Origin: Basidiobolus meristosporus CBS 931.73
Lineage: Eukaryota > Fungi > Basidiobolomycota
Assembly (NCBI GenBank): GCA_002104905.1
Contig: MCFE01000010.1
Span: forward strand, 200,165-264,164
Reading direction: 5' to 3'
Length of the DNA stretch: 64,000 bases
Shown here one piece after another: positions 63,805-64,000 of the stretch (positions are counted from its first letter, which is position 1; each line of letters starts with the position of its first letter). Both the position numbers and the translations under genes were made by a program. Under the pieces are notes generated by a model. It worked only from the letters and a program-made list of their open reading frames with translations. It had not been told where the DNA came from and did not search any database.

Positions 63805-64000
63805 TAGGGTTAGGGTTAGGGTTAGGGTTAGGGTTAGGGTTAGGGTTAGGTTAGGGTTAGGGTTAGGGTTAGGGTTAGGGTTAGGGTTAGGGTTAGGGTT
63901 AGGGTTAGGGTTAGGGTTAGGGTTAGGGTTAGGGTTAGGGTTAGGGTTAGGGTTAGGGTTAGGGTTAGGGTTAGGGTTAGGGTTAGGGTTAGGGTTAGGT
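63805..64000 (+). repeat. Telomeric (TTAGGG)n tract, G-rich strand running 5'->3' toward the end
   Basis: About 32 TTAGGG units with one TTAGG variant at 63846-63850, running to the window end. Confidence 0.98.

Overview
Eukaryotic, intron-containing fungal DNA that runs to a chromosome end. Short 50-70 nt GT..CTAAC..AG introns and an ethylene-receptor-type gene suggest an early-diverging 'zygomycete-grade' fungus; the species cannot be fixed from sequence alone. Positions 1-49.5 kb hold mostly ordinary genes: forkhead TF, START protein, RFX TF, exosome MTR3, NMD3, complex I PSST subunit, CYP51, MPH1/FANCM, Obg GTPase and a self-sufficient P450-reductase fusion. They also hold an ethylene-receptor-like protein without a kinase, a small secreted protein and two islands of a degenerate repeat family. 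The last 10.4 kb (53569-63804) is a head-to-tail array of retroelements, all on the minus strand with 3' ends facing the centromere, capped by (TTAGGG)n at 63805-64000. The array contains eight 5'-truncated copies of an APE-endonuclease/RT non-LTR retrotransposon that has no poly(A) and ends in oligo-C + TAA(CCC). It also contains three full-length 521-bp tRNA-headed SINE-like elements, two further bodies carrying the same 3' tail, and a truncated chromovirus. All tail variants share an AATAAA(G)...(T)CACC-loop-GGTG(A) stem-loop, and junctions carry at most about 2 telomere repeats. My best reading (inference) is a telomere-extending LINE plus a tRNA-SINE partner that are added to chromosome ends. 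The LINE ORF (2.68 kb) appears to contain no CpG at all.
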